NCBI GenBank assembly: GCA_964626665.1
Contig: CAZVGK010000027.1
Span: 1-50,487, forward strand
DNA: 50,487 nt
Direction of reading: 5' to 3'
Origin: an uncultured Gemmatimonadota bacterium
GTDB lineage: Bacteria; SM23-81; DAOVCL01
In this document: piece by piece, positions 38,873 to 48,860 of the stretch
Layout of the letters: each line of letters begins with the position of its first letter
Numbering within the stretch: position 1 is the first letter of the stretch
The notes under the pieces: generated by a model
Databases searched by the model: none
What the model was told of the DNA's origin: nothing
Seen by the model: the letters and a program-made list of their open reading frames with translations, nothing else
Made by a program: the position numbers and the translations under genes

Positions 38873-40513
38873 TCAGATGGATAGTCTGGCAACTTCCCGG
38901 CCGGTAGTTAAGCTATCGAATATTACCCTGGTGACCACAATGGCGGTAAACATACTGGAGATTATACCCAGCATCAGGGTGATGCCAAAACCCTTTATCG
39001 GGCCAGTGCCCACTAAGTAGAGGATCAAAGCGGTGAAGAAGGTGGTTAGGTTGGCATCCAATATGGTGCGAAACGCCCGAGAGTATCCAGCGTCAATGGC
39101 CACCCGGACGGTCTTTCCTGACCTTAGTTCCTCCCTTATCCTCTCAAAGATGAGCACATTGGCATCCACAGCCATACCTATGGTGAGGATGATCCCAGCT
39201 ATCCCCGGGAGGGTGAGAGCCGCCCGCAGTCCAGCCAGGGCAGCCATAATGAAGATGATGTTCAGAACCAGCGCCAGGTCGGCGATCAGCCCGGCCCCCT
39301 TGTAGTAAAAGACCATAAAGAGAACCACTAAGATCATCCCGATTATGGCCGCATTTGTCCCTTGGTGAATAGAATCTTCCCCCAATGAGGGGCCCACGGT
39401 GCGTTCCTCAATGGTATTTACCGGAGCAGGAAGGGCACCTGCCTTGAGCACAATGGCCAAATCCTTAGCCTCCGTCATCCTCCCGATACCGGTGATTATC
39501 GCCCTCCCATCTGGGATCTTTGACTTGATCCGGGGGGCACTGTAAACCTTACCATCCAGGATGATGGCCAAAAGCCGCCCTATGTTGGCCCCAGTCACCC
39601 GGGAGAAGATTCGCGCTCCCCTCCGATCCAACCTCATATTTACCACCGGCCGGTTGGCTATCTCCGGGTCTAAGCCCCTTCCGATGGTCACCTTGGCATC
39701 GGTGAGATGGGCGCCGGTGAGCTCAGGTTTGCGCTTCAGAAGATATAATTTCTTTACCCGTTCCTCGCGATAATTGTCAAACGCGGAACTCCACTCCAGC
39801 TCCATATCGGGAGGAACCAATGCCTTTACCTCTGGACGGCTGAGCAGGCTGTCCACCCGGGGGATGTCCTCCTCGGCGACTATCACTTGACCATAGCTTT
39901 GATCCATAAATTCCATTAAATAGGAGAGGGGGTGTTCCTCCTCTGAGGTGGAAGTTTCTGCCTCTAAGCTCCCGGCTGGGGACTCCTTAAACATCTCCTT
40001 CAGTTTGGTTTCCTCCCCTTTCTTCTCTTTTTCCCCACCAGAGAGGGCTTTGTCCATTCTATCAAAGAGGCCCTTGGCCTCCTTCCCATTCTCCACCAAT
40101 TTGAACTCCAACAGGGCAGTTCGGCCAATAAGTTCCTTAGCTCTCTCTGGATCCTGCAACCCAGGGAGCTCAATGATCATTCTGTCCTTTCCTGCCCTCT
40201 GGATCAGGGGCTCGGAGACCCCAAATTGATCCACCCGGTTACGGATGATCTCCAGTGCCCTATCCACAGCACCCGGGGCCTCCTTTGCGGAGAGCTTCGT
40301 TTTGTCCACCTCAAGTACCAAATGCATCCCTCCCTTAAGGTCTAAACCCAGCTTCACCGCCCTCTTTTCCAATTTGGCCAACTCCCTTGGATCCATCTTC
40401 CCCTTGGCCGCAGTAGACATAATGGCCAACCTCAATGTGGGGTAAAGATACCAGATGGATAGGAGGAGAACCGCGATGATGATGCCGATCTTTACTCCTT
40501 GTCCTCTTCTCAT
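38873..40513 (-). CDS. secD: Protein translocase subunit SecD
   Basis: LGLDLKGG, RVDQFGVSEP, GALP, VGPSLG and GMAVDANVLIFERIREE. Confidence 0.97.
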   Translation of the reverse strand: MRRGQGVKIGIIIAVLLLSIWYLYPTLRLAIMSTAAKGKMDPRELAKLEKRAVKLGLDLKGGMHLVLEVDKTKLSAKEAPGAVDRALEIIRNRVDQFGVSEPLIQRAGKDRMIIELPGLQDPERAKELIGRTALLEFKLVENGKEAKGLFDRMDKALSGGEKEKKGEETKLKEMFKESPAGSLEAETSTSEEEHPLSYLMEFMDQSYGQVIVAEEDIPRVDSLLSRPEVKALVPPDMELEWSSAFDNYREERVKKLYLLKRKPELTGAHLTDAKVTIGRGLDPEIANRPVVNMRLDRRGARIFSRVTGANIGRLLAIILDGKVYSAPRIKSKIPDGRAIITGIGRMTEAKDLAIVLKAGALPAPVNTIEERTVGPSLGEDSIHQGTNAAIIGMILVVLFMVFYYKGAGLIADLALVLNIIFIMAALAGLRAALTLPGIAGIILTIGMAVDANVLIFERIREELRSGKTVRVAIDAGYSRAFRTILDANLTTFFTALILYLVGTGPIKGFGITLMLGIISSMFTAIVVTRVIFDSLTTGREVARLSI

Positions 40514-40525
40514 CTTTGCTCCCTA

Positions 40526-41236
40526 TTAGCTTACCAGTTCCTTCATCTCCCTTACCGCCCTCTCCAGACCAACGAAGAGGGCGCGGGCGATGATGGAAAA
40601 CCCAATGTTTAACTCCTCAACAACCTCTATCTGGGCCACCCCGCGCACATTCCTGTAGTTCAACCCATGGCCTGCGCCCACCCCTAAACCCAGTTTGTGG
40701 GCCATAGTGGCCATCTCCTCCAGCCTTTCCAACTCCTCGAGCTCAGCGGCGGTATCCTCCGCTCCCGCATATCGGCCCGTGTGGAGCTCCACGAAGTCCG
40801 CATCTAACTTGGCCGCTGCCTTTATCTGCTGGGGCTGCGGATCAATGAATAGGCTAATTACAATGTTCCTTTCCCGAATTGCCTTTAAGATAGGGGGAAG
40901 CGAATGGGCCTTCTCCGCCACATCCAATCCCCCTTCTGTGGTCAGCTCCTCCCTTTTCTCCGGCACCAGGGTGACCATATCAGGCCCGACCTCCTGGGCT
41001 ATAGAGGCCATCTCCTCGGTAGGAGCCATCTCCATATTAAGATGGGTCTTGACCATCTGGCGCAAAAGCCTTAGGTCCCTATCCTGGATATGCCTCCTAT
41101 CCTCCCGGAGATGGACGATGACCCCATCTACCCCGGCCATCTCCACCAGCAGCGCGCCGGCCACCGGATCGGGCTCATTCCCCCTGCGGGCCTGCCTCAG
41201 GGTGGCTATGTGATCAACATTTACGGACAGCCTCAT
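40526..41236 (-). CDS. pdxJ: Pyridoxine 5'-phosphate synthase
   Basis: [42 protein letters not shown] and AGHGL. Confidence 0.97.
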   Translation of the reverse strand: MRLSVNVDHIATLRQARRGNEPDPVAGALLVEMAGVDGVIVHLREDRRHIQDRDLRLLRQMVKTHLNMEMAPTEEMASIAQEVGPDMVTLVPEKREELTTEGGLDVAEKAHSLPPILKAIRERNIVISLFIDPQPQQIKAAAKLDADFVELHTGRYAGAEDTAAELEELERLEEMATMAHKLGLGVGAGHGLNYRNVRGVAQIEVVEELNIGFSIIARALFVGLERAVREMKELVS

Positions 41237-42321
41237 CTTCCTACCTTTCTCTGCAAGATCTGGGAGGGGAGGACAAACCTGATGCCCTTTCCCTCCAATT
41301 TAGGCCTCTCCTCTTCGATTAACTGCCAGGTCTGGGCTGATAGCCTACCCACTCCAACTGCCTCCCCCTTCATCCAAGCGAGCCGCGCCAGCCTTCTCAA
41401 TTTGCCCAAAATATATTCTTTCCTCCCCCTCTTGTCAATGAAATCTTCAGAAAAAACGATCATTGGCTTTCCCCTAAGGGATTTGTCCTTAAGCTGATAA
41501 TTTACCACGAGATACTTCCCCTTAAGTTCCTTCTGGATTTTAGGCAAAAGACCCCTAGCGGCCTCAGAGCCAAAGGAGAGATCGAGCCCTTCCGCCTGAG
41601 GAAAGTAATCGATGATCTTCTGCACCCTCCCCCTTATCTGGGTCGGTTCCATATCTGCCCGCACCTCCCATCTTCCCATTCCCCACAAGGGGAGGGAGGG
41701 AAAGGGGAGGGCAATAAAAACCTCCTTCCCGCTGGCCTGCGCCCTCTGTAGCCATTTCCGTTCGCTCCCCGGAAGGAAGGAAAGGGCCAAGGGGAGATCT
41801 GATTTGAGAACCTGAGCCAAAAGGGTAGCCTTCCCCCCTTTAAAATTCTGCAGGATAAGGGCTAACTTCGCCGGCCTGGCGGCAATTAGAGGGTCTCTCT
41901 CCACCAGTAGGAGATGGGTGGCCCTTTTCCCCGACCCGACCCTCAGGGAGAGACTTTTGCCCCTATTTAACTCCACCCCTTCGATAAAATGGGCGTCTGA
42001 TCCCTGAAGCAGATGGTTTAGGCTCTGCTGGAAGTAAAGAAGTGAATAGGTATCGGATATTCTGATCTTTTCCTTTTTGATCCCCCCCTCTCCCCAGAAA
42101 CTGGCCACCTTCCCCTTGTCCACACCAAACTGCACCAGAACCGAATCAATGGCCTCATCAACCACCTCCGGTCTGGGGAATCTGCTCCCCCTCCTCAGGG
42201 AGAGTATCCCCAGGACCAAGAGGAAAAGGGAGAAACCAACCACAAGAAGGGAAGGGAGGTGGAAACGATTCCCTTTACCCTTCCCTCGGTGGCTCTGCGA
42301 GGTCCTTTTAGGCAAAGCCAT
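41233..42321 (-). CDS. Membrane-anchored divergent polysaccharide deacetylase-like protein (YibQ-like, degenerate)
   Basis: N-terminal TM; overall pattern [33 protein letters not shown], but the metal-binding residues are missing. Confidence 0.6.
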   Translation of the reverse strand: MALPKRTSQSHRGKGKGNRFHLPSLLVVGFSLFLLVLGILSLRRGSRFPRPEVVDEAIDSVLVQFGVDKGKVASFWGEGGIKKEKIRISDTYSLLYFQQSLNHLLQGSDAHFIEGVELNRGKSLSLRVGSGKRATHLLLVERDPLIAARPAKLALILQNFKGGKATLLAQVLKSDLPLALSFLPGSERKWLQRAQASGKEVFIALPFPSLPLWGMGRWEVRADMEPTQIRGRVQKIIDYFPQAEGLDLSFGSEAARGLLPKIQKELKGKYLVVNYQLKDKSLRGKPMIVFSEDFIDKRGRKEYILGKLRRLARLAWMKGEAVGVGRLSAQTWQLIEEERPKLEGKGIRFVLPSQILQRKVGR

Positions 42322-42364
42322 TAACTAAACTTATCCTCCATGATAGGTCTGTAAGTTTTGGCCT

Positions 42365-42913
42365 TCAAAATTCAGACTCGTCCTTCCAATGGACAATATA
42401 CCAGAAACCTGTATCCTCATCCTTCCTGAATTTGAACTCCGCCTGACCATGGGCCCACTCCCCCATTGCTGGATACTCCTGCCAGAGGACGACCAACTCA
42501 AATCCCACCAGATAGACTATTCTGGTTTCCGAGAAGGGATTATCCCCCTTGGAAGGTTCTATAGAGCTTTCCGGCTCTCCCAACCAGGTGAGGCGGATGC
42601 TCTTATGGAAATATTTAAAGAGGCTCTCCGTGCGCTTCAGATCCTCGGCCTTACCATAGCTCTCCCAGTTCCCCTTCCCATCATCAAACCATGCGAATTG
42701 AAAGTTCTCATCTAAGCATTGCTCGTATGCCTTGAGGTCTCGATTCTCATAGGCGTATCTAAAGTTCTGCAGCACATTATCTGGAGAGACGGGCTTAAGC
42801 AAAGGTTCTCCTCCCTCCCTGCTGTTATCCTGAGCCGGAGAGAAGGGGTTCAAACACCCCATCCCCCAGAGGGGGATGAGGGAAAGGGCAAGTATTAAGA
42901 GTTTCTTTCCCAT
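42365..42913 (-). CDS. Lipoprotein, possibly NTF2-like fold
   Basis: Lipobox GMGC-LNPFSP; SPDNVLQNFRYAYENRD..Y..CL; C-terminal WYIVHWKD. Confidence 0.6.
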   Translation of the reverse strand: MGKKLLILALSLIPLWGMGCLNPFSPAQDNSREGGEPLLKPVSPDNVLQNFRYAYENRDLKAYEQCLDENFQFAWFDDGKGNWESYGKAEDLKRTESLFKYFHKSIRLTWLGEPESSIEPSKGDNPFSETRIVYLVGFELVVLWQEYPAMGEWAHGQAEFKFRKDEDTGFWYIVHWKDESEF

Positions 42914-43372
42914 ACCTGTTGAAGATAACAAAAATTTCTTCCCTGTCAAGGTTTTAACCTGGGCTATTCACAAATTTAGCCCTGTACTACAATCTTGCAA
43001 GATCTTGTTTTTTGGGCAAAGTTCTTTGAGTCGTTTGAGTAGCCAACTTCTACCGCACTTTAGTGCGGGTCCCCTGGGAGTGTGTCAACTCCTGTTGACG
43101 CATGCTGTGACAGGAGCCCCTAGCACTCCAAAAGGGCTAAAGCCCAGGAGAGGTTAGCCCCCGCTTTGCGGGGGTAGAGGGTCTCTGTCATTGCGAGTCC
43201 CGATTAAATCGGGGTGAAGCAATCCCCTGAAGATTGCTTCGCTGGGCTCGCCCTGTTAGATAATCCCTCTTGCTCTTTGTGGATGTTACCATCCACAAAG
43301 GGAGGACTTTCTGGTAGGGCAGGAACCCTACCAGTACAGAAAATAGAAAGTGTCCTTATTCTTCCCCCCTTC

Positions 43373-43496
43373 CACCTAAAAGGTGAAAACCTATAGTTGT
43401 GTAGGTCCTTGTAAAATCCGTGAAAATCTGTGTTCACCCCGTGAAATACGAAAGTATATTTAACGGGGTTCATCCGCCGCTTATGGGTATTTTGGG
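43373..43496. repeat. About 120-bp direct repeat, copy 1 (contains a 32-bp mini-element at 43437-43468)
   Basis: CTAAAAGGTGAAAACCTATAGTTG...TTCA[CCCCGTGAAATACGAAAGTATATTTAACGGGG]TTCA...TATTTTGGG; copy 2 at 48861-49050. Confidence 0.85.
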
Positions 43497-43803
43497 TTTA
43501 TTGAACTGGGCTTACCTGTGCTGGAGGTTTACCAGATCTAATTGCGCGGCAAAAAGGTTGAAAATTGGCTGGCCGCAATGTTAAAATCTCGGGTTGTTCA
43601 CAAACCGATGACGAATTAGCATATCTCTTTCAAACTTAAGGCCTTATGTGTCTGCTTTGTAAGGACAGAGCTAAAGCCCTGCTCCTACAACATAAAGCCT
43701 CTAACAATCGGGGATCTCCCCGCTAATTTATGAAGAGGTCAGCCTACTACACTTTGGGATGGGCGCAGCGGTTTTAGGCTTTGAGGGGGCCATAAAAAAA
43801 GGG

Positions 43804-43832
43804 TTGACAATACCCTACCATTTTACTATTAT
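43804..43832 (+). promoter_or_regulatory. sigma70 promoter of rrf2
   Basis: TTGACA-N17-TATTAT ending 7 nt before the ATG. Confidence 0.65.
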
Positions 43833-43839
43833 ATCGGAG

Positions 43840-44280
43840 ATGAAACTGTCCACTAAGGGGAGATATGCGGTGAGGGCTATGCTAACCCTGGCCTTGAACC
43901 AAGGGGGAAATCCCTTATCCCTGCGGGAGATCTCCCTGCGGGAGGGGATCTCCGATAAGTATTTAGGGCAGATATTTCTCAGGCTGAAAAGGGTGGGACT
44001 GGTCAGGACGGTAAGGGGAGCAAATGGGGGCTACCTCTTAGGTAAGGGGGCAAAGGAGATCACTCTCAGGGAGATCCTGGAAGGGGTAGAGGGCTCCTTA
44101 GCTCCGGTATTTTGCTTAGAGGAGGGGTGCGAACGGGCGGCCAAGTGTGTTGCCCATAGGCTCTGGAGGGAGTTGTATGGCGTCATAAAGGGTTTTCTCT
44201 CCTCCAGGACCCTCTTTGACCTCTGCCAACTTGCCAAAGAGGGGAATCCTTTGACCCCAGATTTGGAAAAGGCTGAATGA
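43840..44280 (+). CDS. Rrf2-family (IscR-like) transcriptional regulator
   Basis: MKLSTKGRYA and VRGANGGY; three cysteines plus His (CLEEGCERAAKCVAH). Confidence 0.9.
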   Translation: MKLSTKGRYAVRAMLTLALNQGGNPLSLREISLREGISDKYLGQIFLRLKRVGLVRTVRGANGGYLLGKGAKEITLREILEGVEGSLAPVFCLEEGCERAAKCVAHRLWRELYGVIKGFLSSRTLFDLCQLAKEGNPLTPDLEKAE

Positions 44281-44440
44281 CACCGCAACAACCACGCGAA
44301 CACTTGCATTTCCTTGCGGTCTCCAATTTCCGGTTCTCTGTCGGGATAAGACTGCAGAGGCAGCACTTCTAGCTGGCTTCATAATAGTAACTTCTTAAAA
44401 TTTGTGCCAAGTTTTGCAGCCAGCAATTGTAAATTGTTCA

Positions 44441-44470
44441 CCCCGTTAGATGATCTTATATCTAACGGGG
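44441..44470. mobile_element. 30-bp inverted-repeat mini-element
   Basis: TTCA[CCCCGTTAGATGATCTTATATCTAACGGGG]CAAG. Confidence 0.6.
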
Positions 44471-44681
44471 CAAGGATTGAAAATTGAAAATATCAAAATG
44501 AAAGCCAAGCTATAAGCTTAACAGGGTGGAAGCAACAATAATTTTTACTTTTACACTTTGCAATTTTCAATTTGAAATTCGGAGCTTCGCCCAGTTTGGG
44601 TTGCTATACCTCGTCGGTTTGCCCGTCCCGGGCCGGGAAGGCGAAGCTTCGTTAGGAAACCTTTTGGATGAAGGGGGAGGA

Positions 44682-45851
44682 ATGTCGCATTTAATATATC
44701 TGGATCACAACGCCACCACTCCAATGGCCCCAGAGGTGCTGGAGGCTATGCTTCCCTATTTAAAAGGAGAGTATGGCAACCCCTCCAGCATCTACAGGTT
44801 GGCCCAGGAGGCCAGGGAGGCGGTGGAATCGGCCAGAGAGGAGGTGGCCGGCCTCTTGGGGGCTCATTCAGCGGAGATTTACTTTACCAGCGGGGGGAGC
44901 GAGGCGAACAACTGGGCGATAAAGGGGATGGCATTCGCCGCGCAGGGAAGGGGCAACCACATCATTACCTCGCAGATAGAGCACCCCTCGGGCTTGAATG
45001 TCTGCCGATATTTAGAGGAGTTAGGATTTCAGGTGACTTGGGGTGCTGTGGATAAGTTTGGGGTGGTGGATGTGGAGCAGATCGCTGACTCCATTAGTGA
45101 GCGAACGATACTGATTACCATTATGTCTGCCAACAACGAGGTGGGAACCATCGAACCGGTGGAGGACATAGCCAAGCTAGCCCAAGAAAGGGGGATCCCC
45201 TTCCATACCGATGCAGTGCAGGTGGTGGGCAAATTGCCCCTAAATGTGGATAAGTTAGGGGTTGACCTGCTTTCCCTCTCCGGCCACAAGTTCTATGGGC
45301 CAAAGGGGATTGGTGTCCTCTACATTAAGAGGGGGACAAAGCTCCCTCCCTTCCATCACGGGGGTCACCATGAAAGGGGGATGAGAGCCGGAACGGAGAA
45401 TGTCCCCGGGATAGTGGGGTTGGGTAGGGCCGCCCAGCTAGCCCAGGAGGAGATAAAGAAGGAGGGGAAGGTAAAGGAGCTGAGGGAGAAACTCTGGCAA
45501 GGCCTTTCATCCCACATAGACGACATCATCCTCAACGGGCACCCGAAGAGGAGGCTTGCTGGCACCCTCAATGTCTGCGTCAAATGGGTGGAGGGTGAAT
45601 CTATGCTTTTAAACCTGGATATGGAGGGCATAGCCGCCTCCAGCGGCTCTGCCTGCACCTCTGGCTCTTTGGAGCCTTCCCATGTCCTCATGGCTATGGG
45701 CATTCCCCCCGAGATGGCCCATGGCTCTCTTCGCTTCAGCCTGGGGAGGGAAACCAGCGAGGAGGAGATAGCCAAGGTAATTGAGGTCCTTCCCCCAATT
45801 GTGGAGAAGCTAAGGGCCATCTCCCCCTTTGGCAAGGGTAAGCCGCTATGA
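44682..45851 (+). CDS. nifS: Group I cysteine desulfurase (NifS/IscS)
   Basis: YLDHNATT, FTSGGSEANN, HTDAVQ, SGHKFYGPKG and SSGSACTS; GGGGGAGG RBS. Confidence 0.95.
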   Translation: MSHLIYLDHNATTPMAPEVLEAMLPYLKGEYGNPSSIYRLAQEAREAVESAREEVAGLLGAHSAEIYFTSGGSEANNWAIKGMAFAAQGRGNHIITSQIEHPSGLNVCRYLEELGFQVTWGAVDKFGVVDVEQIADSISERTILITIMSANNEVGTIEPVEDIAKLAQERGIPFHTDAVQVVGKLPLNVDKLGVDLLSLSGHKFYGPKGIGVLYIKRGTKLPPFHHGGHHERGMRAGTENVPGIVGLGRAAQLAQEEIKKEGKVKELREKLWQGLSSHIDDIILNGHPKRRLAGTLNVCVKWVEGESMLLNLDMEGIAASSGSACTSGSLEPSHVLMAMGIPPEMAHGSLRFSLGRETSEEEIAKVIEVLPPIVEKLRAISPFGKGKPL

Positions 45852-46756
45852 AAGAGGAGAATCTAAGGGAAGAGATCGGGGAGCTGAAGGGGGAGAAGGG
45901 GGCCTTACTCCTGGCCCATAACTATCAATCCCCCCAGGTCCAGGAGATAGCCGATTTTTTGGGCGACTCCTTAGATCTCTCCCGCAAGGCCAGGGACTCT
46001 GATGCGCAGCTTATCTGCTTCTGTGGGGTGAGGTTTATGGCCGAATCGGCAAAGATTCTCTCCCCCGGGAAGACCGTCCTCCTCCCCCGCAAGGAGGCCC
46101 TCTGTGAGATGGCCGCTATGGTGAACCTGCCGGAGCTGAGGGCCTTAAAGGTCAAACATCCGCAGGCTGTGGTGGTGAGCTATGTGAACACCACAGCGGA
46201 GGTGAAGGCCGAATCCGATGTTTGCTGCACATCGGCCAATGCGGTTAAGGTGGTGCAAAACCTGAAAGAGGATGAGGTCATCTTTCTCCCTGACCGGAAC
46301 TTGGCCTCCTGGGTCTCCCGATTTACCTCTAAGAAGATAATTCCTTGGGATGGCTACTGTTATGTCCACGAGAGGTTTACCTCGGAGGATGTAAAGGAGG
46401 CCAGGAGGCTCCATCCTCAGTCGGTGGTTATCGTCCATCCAGAGTGCAGGCCTGAGGTGGTCGACCTGGCCGACAGGGTGGAGAGCACGGGGGGGATGGT
46501 CAGGCTGGCCCAGGAGGTGCAGGCGGAGGAGTTTATCATTGGCACGGAGGAGGGCTTGATCGAGAGGCTGCGGCGGGAGAACCCCGGGAAAAGGTTCTAC
46601 TCCGTGGGGCCGGCCAGGATGTGCCGGGGGATGAAGTATATTAGGCTGGAGGATGTCTACCTATCCCTTAAGGAGGAGAGGTTTAAGGTGGAGCTTCCTC
46701 AGACGATAATAGAGGGGGCGAGAAAAGCTTTGGATAGGATGTTAGAGTATGGTTGA
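45848..46756 (+). CDS. nadA: Quinolinate synthase
   Basis: LAHNYQ, GDSL, FCGVRFMAE, YVNT, CTSAN, HPEC and GTE; three Fe-S cysteines. Confidence 0.96.
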   Translation: MKEENLREEIGELKGEKGALLLAHNYQSPQVQEIADFLGDSLDLSRKARDSDAQLICFCGVRFMAESAKILSPGKTVLLPRKEALCEMAAMVNLPELRALKVKHPQAVVVSYVNTTAEVKAESDVCCTSANAVKVVQNLKEDEVIFLPDRNLASWVSRFTSKKIIPWDGYCYVHERFTSEDVKEARRLHPQSVVIVHPECRPEVVDLADRVESTGGMVRLAQEVQAEEFIIGTEEGLIERLRRENPGKRFYSVGPARMCRGMKYIRLEDVYLSLKEERFKVELPQTIIEGARKALDRMLEYG

Positions 46757-47789
46757 TCTGGTTGCTGTGGCTATGTCCGGAGGGGTGGACAGTGGGGTGG
46801 CTGCCGCCCTCCTAAAAAAGGAGGGTTACGCAGTTGTGGGATTGACTATGTTCCTTTGGGGGAAAGGTCCCCGGTGTTGTTCTCCCGCAGAGGTGAGGGC
46901 CGCTCGCCAGCTCGCCCGCAAGCTGGGTATCCCCCATTATACCATTGATCTGCGGGCCAATTTCCAGAAGGAGGTGGTAGATTACTTTTTAAATGAGTAT
47001 AGAAGGGGGAGAACGCCGAACCCCTGTGCGGTCTGTAACCAGAGGATAAAGTTTGGTTTGCTTCTGAGGAGGGCCCTTTCCCTGGGGGCTAAGTATTTGG
47101 CCACTGGCCACTATGCCCGGCTGCAGGCCCAAGATGGGAGGATCTCCTTGAGGAGGGGGGTGGATGCCCAAAAGGATCAATCTTACTTCTTGGCTAGGTT
47201 AGATCAGGGGATGCTGGGCTTGGTCCTCTTCCCTATAGGGGGACTAAAGAAGCAAGAGGTGAAGAAAATGGCTCGGGAACTTGGTCTCTCCTTAGAGGGG
47301 GAAAAGGAGAGCCAGGAGGTCTGTTTTGTCCCGTCGAAGGAATTGCCCTCCTTCCTCAAGGGGAGGTTGGGAGGGGAGCAAGCTAAGATAATAGACAAAG
47401 AGGGTAATTTTTTGGGAACCACTAAAAACCCTTATGGTTACACCATTGGCCAGAGGAAGGGGTTACAGGTGGCCGGGGGTGAACCTCTCTATGTCTTGGA
47501 GGTGAAGCCTAGCGGGGAGATAGTTTTAGGTGAGGAGAAGGACCTATATGCCCAGGTGCTTTGGGCAACTCAGCCTAATTGGATAGAGGAGGAACCACAG
47601 GGGGAGCTACGGGCCTGGGTGAAGATCAGGAGTCGGCAGGAACCTTCCCCGGCCTTGCTCACCGCCCAGGGAGAGAGGGTAAAGGTGGCATTTGATCTTC
47701 CTCAGAGGGCGATTACCCCGGGGCAGTTGGCCGTATTCTACCAGGGGGATACGGTCTTAGGGAGCGGATGGATAGAGGAGATAGGATGA
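46749..47789 (+). CDS. mnmA: tRNA 2-thiouridine(34) synthase
   Basis: AMSGGVDS, TPNPCAVCN, ATGHY, KDQSYFL, ESQEVCF, YTIGQRKG and ITPGQ. Confidence 0.96.
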   Translation: MVDLVAVAMSGGVDSGVAAALLKKEGYAVVGLTMFLWGKGPRCCSPAEVRAARQLARKLGIPHYTIDLRANFQKEVVDYFLNEYRRGRTPNPCAVCNQRIKFGLLLRRALSLGAKYLATGHYARLQAQDGRISLRRGVDAQKDQSYFLARLDQGMLGLVLFPIGGLKKQEVKKMARELGLSLEGEKESQEVCFVPSKELPSFLKGRLGGEQAKIIDKEGNFLGTTKNPYGYTIGQRKGLQVAGGEPLYVLEVKPSGEIVLGEEKDLYAQVLWATQPNWIEEEPQGELRAWVKIRSRQEPSPALLTAQGERVKVAFDLPQRAITPGQLAVFYQGDTVLGSGWIEEIG

Positions 47790-48748
47790 GAGCAGTGGTT
47801 CTCTACTCTGGGGGACTGGACAGCAAGCTGGTTCTCAGGCTTATCCTGAATCAGGGCCTCCACCCCTTAGCCCTCACCTTCTTCACCCCCTTCACCCCAC
47901 CTCAGCTGACGGAACCTCCCCTCTCCGGGGTGGAATATAGAAATACCATCTTTGGTCAGGAGTATATAGATTTGGTAAAATCCCCCTCCTATGGCTGGGG
48001 GAAAAATATGAACCCCTGCATTGACTGCCGCATCTATACCCTAAAGATTACCAAAGAGGTTATGGATGAGGTGGGGGCTCCCTTTATAGTCACCGGTGAA
48101 GTTCTCGGCCAGAGACCGATGTCCCAAAGAAGGGATACCTTCAGGTTGATAGAGAAAGAGGTCGGGTTGGAAGGGCTGATCCTCAGGCCACTTTCGGCCA
48201 AGCTATTGCCGATTACCGTCCCGGAGAAGGAGGGATGGATAAGGAGGGGGGCTCTGTTGAACATCCGGGGAAGGAGCCGCAAGCCCCAGATGGAACTGGC
48301 CAAGCAGTGGGGGATAGGGGGCTATCCTTCTCCGGCTGGGGGTTGTCGGCTTACCGATCCTAATTTCTCCCACAGGTTAAGGGAGGCCTTGAGTTTCGGG
48401 GAAGATAGCCTGCGGGATATGGAGCTGCTTAAGTTGGGGAGGCACTTTCGGCTCCCCTCCGGGGCAAAGGTGGTGGTAGGGAGGGACGAAGAGGAGAACG
48501 GCAAACTCTCCTCCTTGGCCTCTTCCGATGGTCACCTTTTGGAAGTAGTGGGCTTCCCCGGGCCGCTGACCTTTTTAAGCAAGGGGAAAGGAGAAGAAGA
48601 TTTGAGAAGTGCCGCCTCCCTCTGTGTCCGCTATAGCGATGGGGAGGGGGCGGTAGAGGTGAGAACCAGGAGGAAGGGAAAGGAGATTGACCTCCTACGG
48701 GTTCCTCCTTTGGAGGAGGGGAAAATCCTCGAATACAGGTTAGGATAA
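47786..48748 (+). CDS. ThiI/MnmA-like PP-loop protein with a DUF814-type C-terminus
   Basis: SGGLDS, NPCIDCR, TGEVLGQRPMSQ, LRPLSAK, PAGGC and GRHFR..GRDEEEN. Confidence 0.8.
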   Translation: MRAVVLYSGGLDSKLVLRLILNQGLHPLALTFFTPFTPPQLTEPPLSGVEYRNTIFGQEYIDLVKSPSYGWGKNMNPCIDCRIYTLKITKEVMDEVGAPFIVTGEVLGQRPMSQRRDTFRLIEKEVGLEGLILRPLSAKLLPITVPEKEGWIRRGALLNIRGRSRKPQMELAKQWGIGGYPSPAGGCRLTDPNFSHRLREALSFGEDSLRDMELLKLGRHFRLPSGAKVVVGRDEEENGKLSSLASSDGHLLEVVGFPGPLTFLSKGKGEEDLRSAASLCVRYSDGEGAVEVRTRRKGKEIDLLRVPPLEEGKILEYRLG

Positions 48749-48860
48749 CCTGAGACTACTGGATGACCAATAATCCCGGATTATGCGTTAGGGAACCACA
48801 AGATTATCACAAGATATTCAAAATAAGGAGCTCACAAAAATTGAGTTTAAACCCCTCTTT

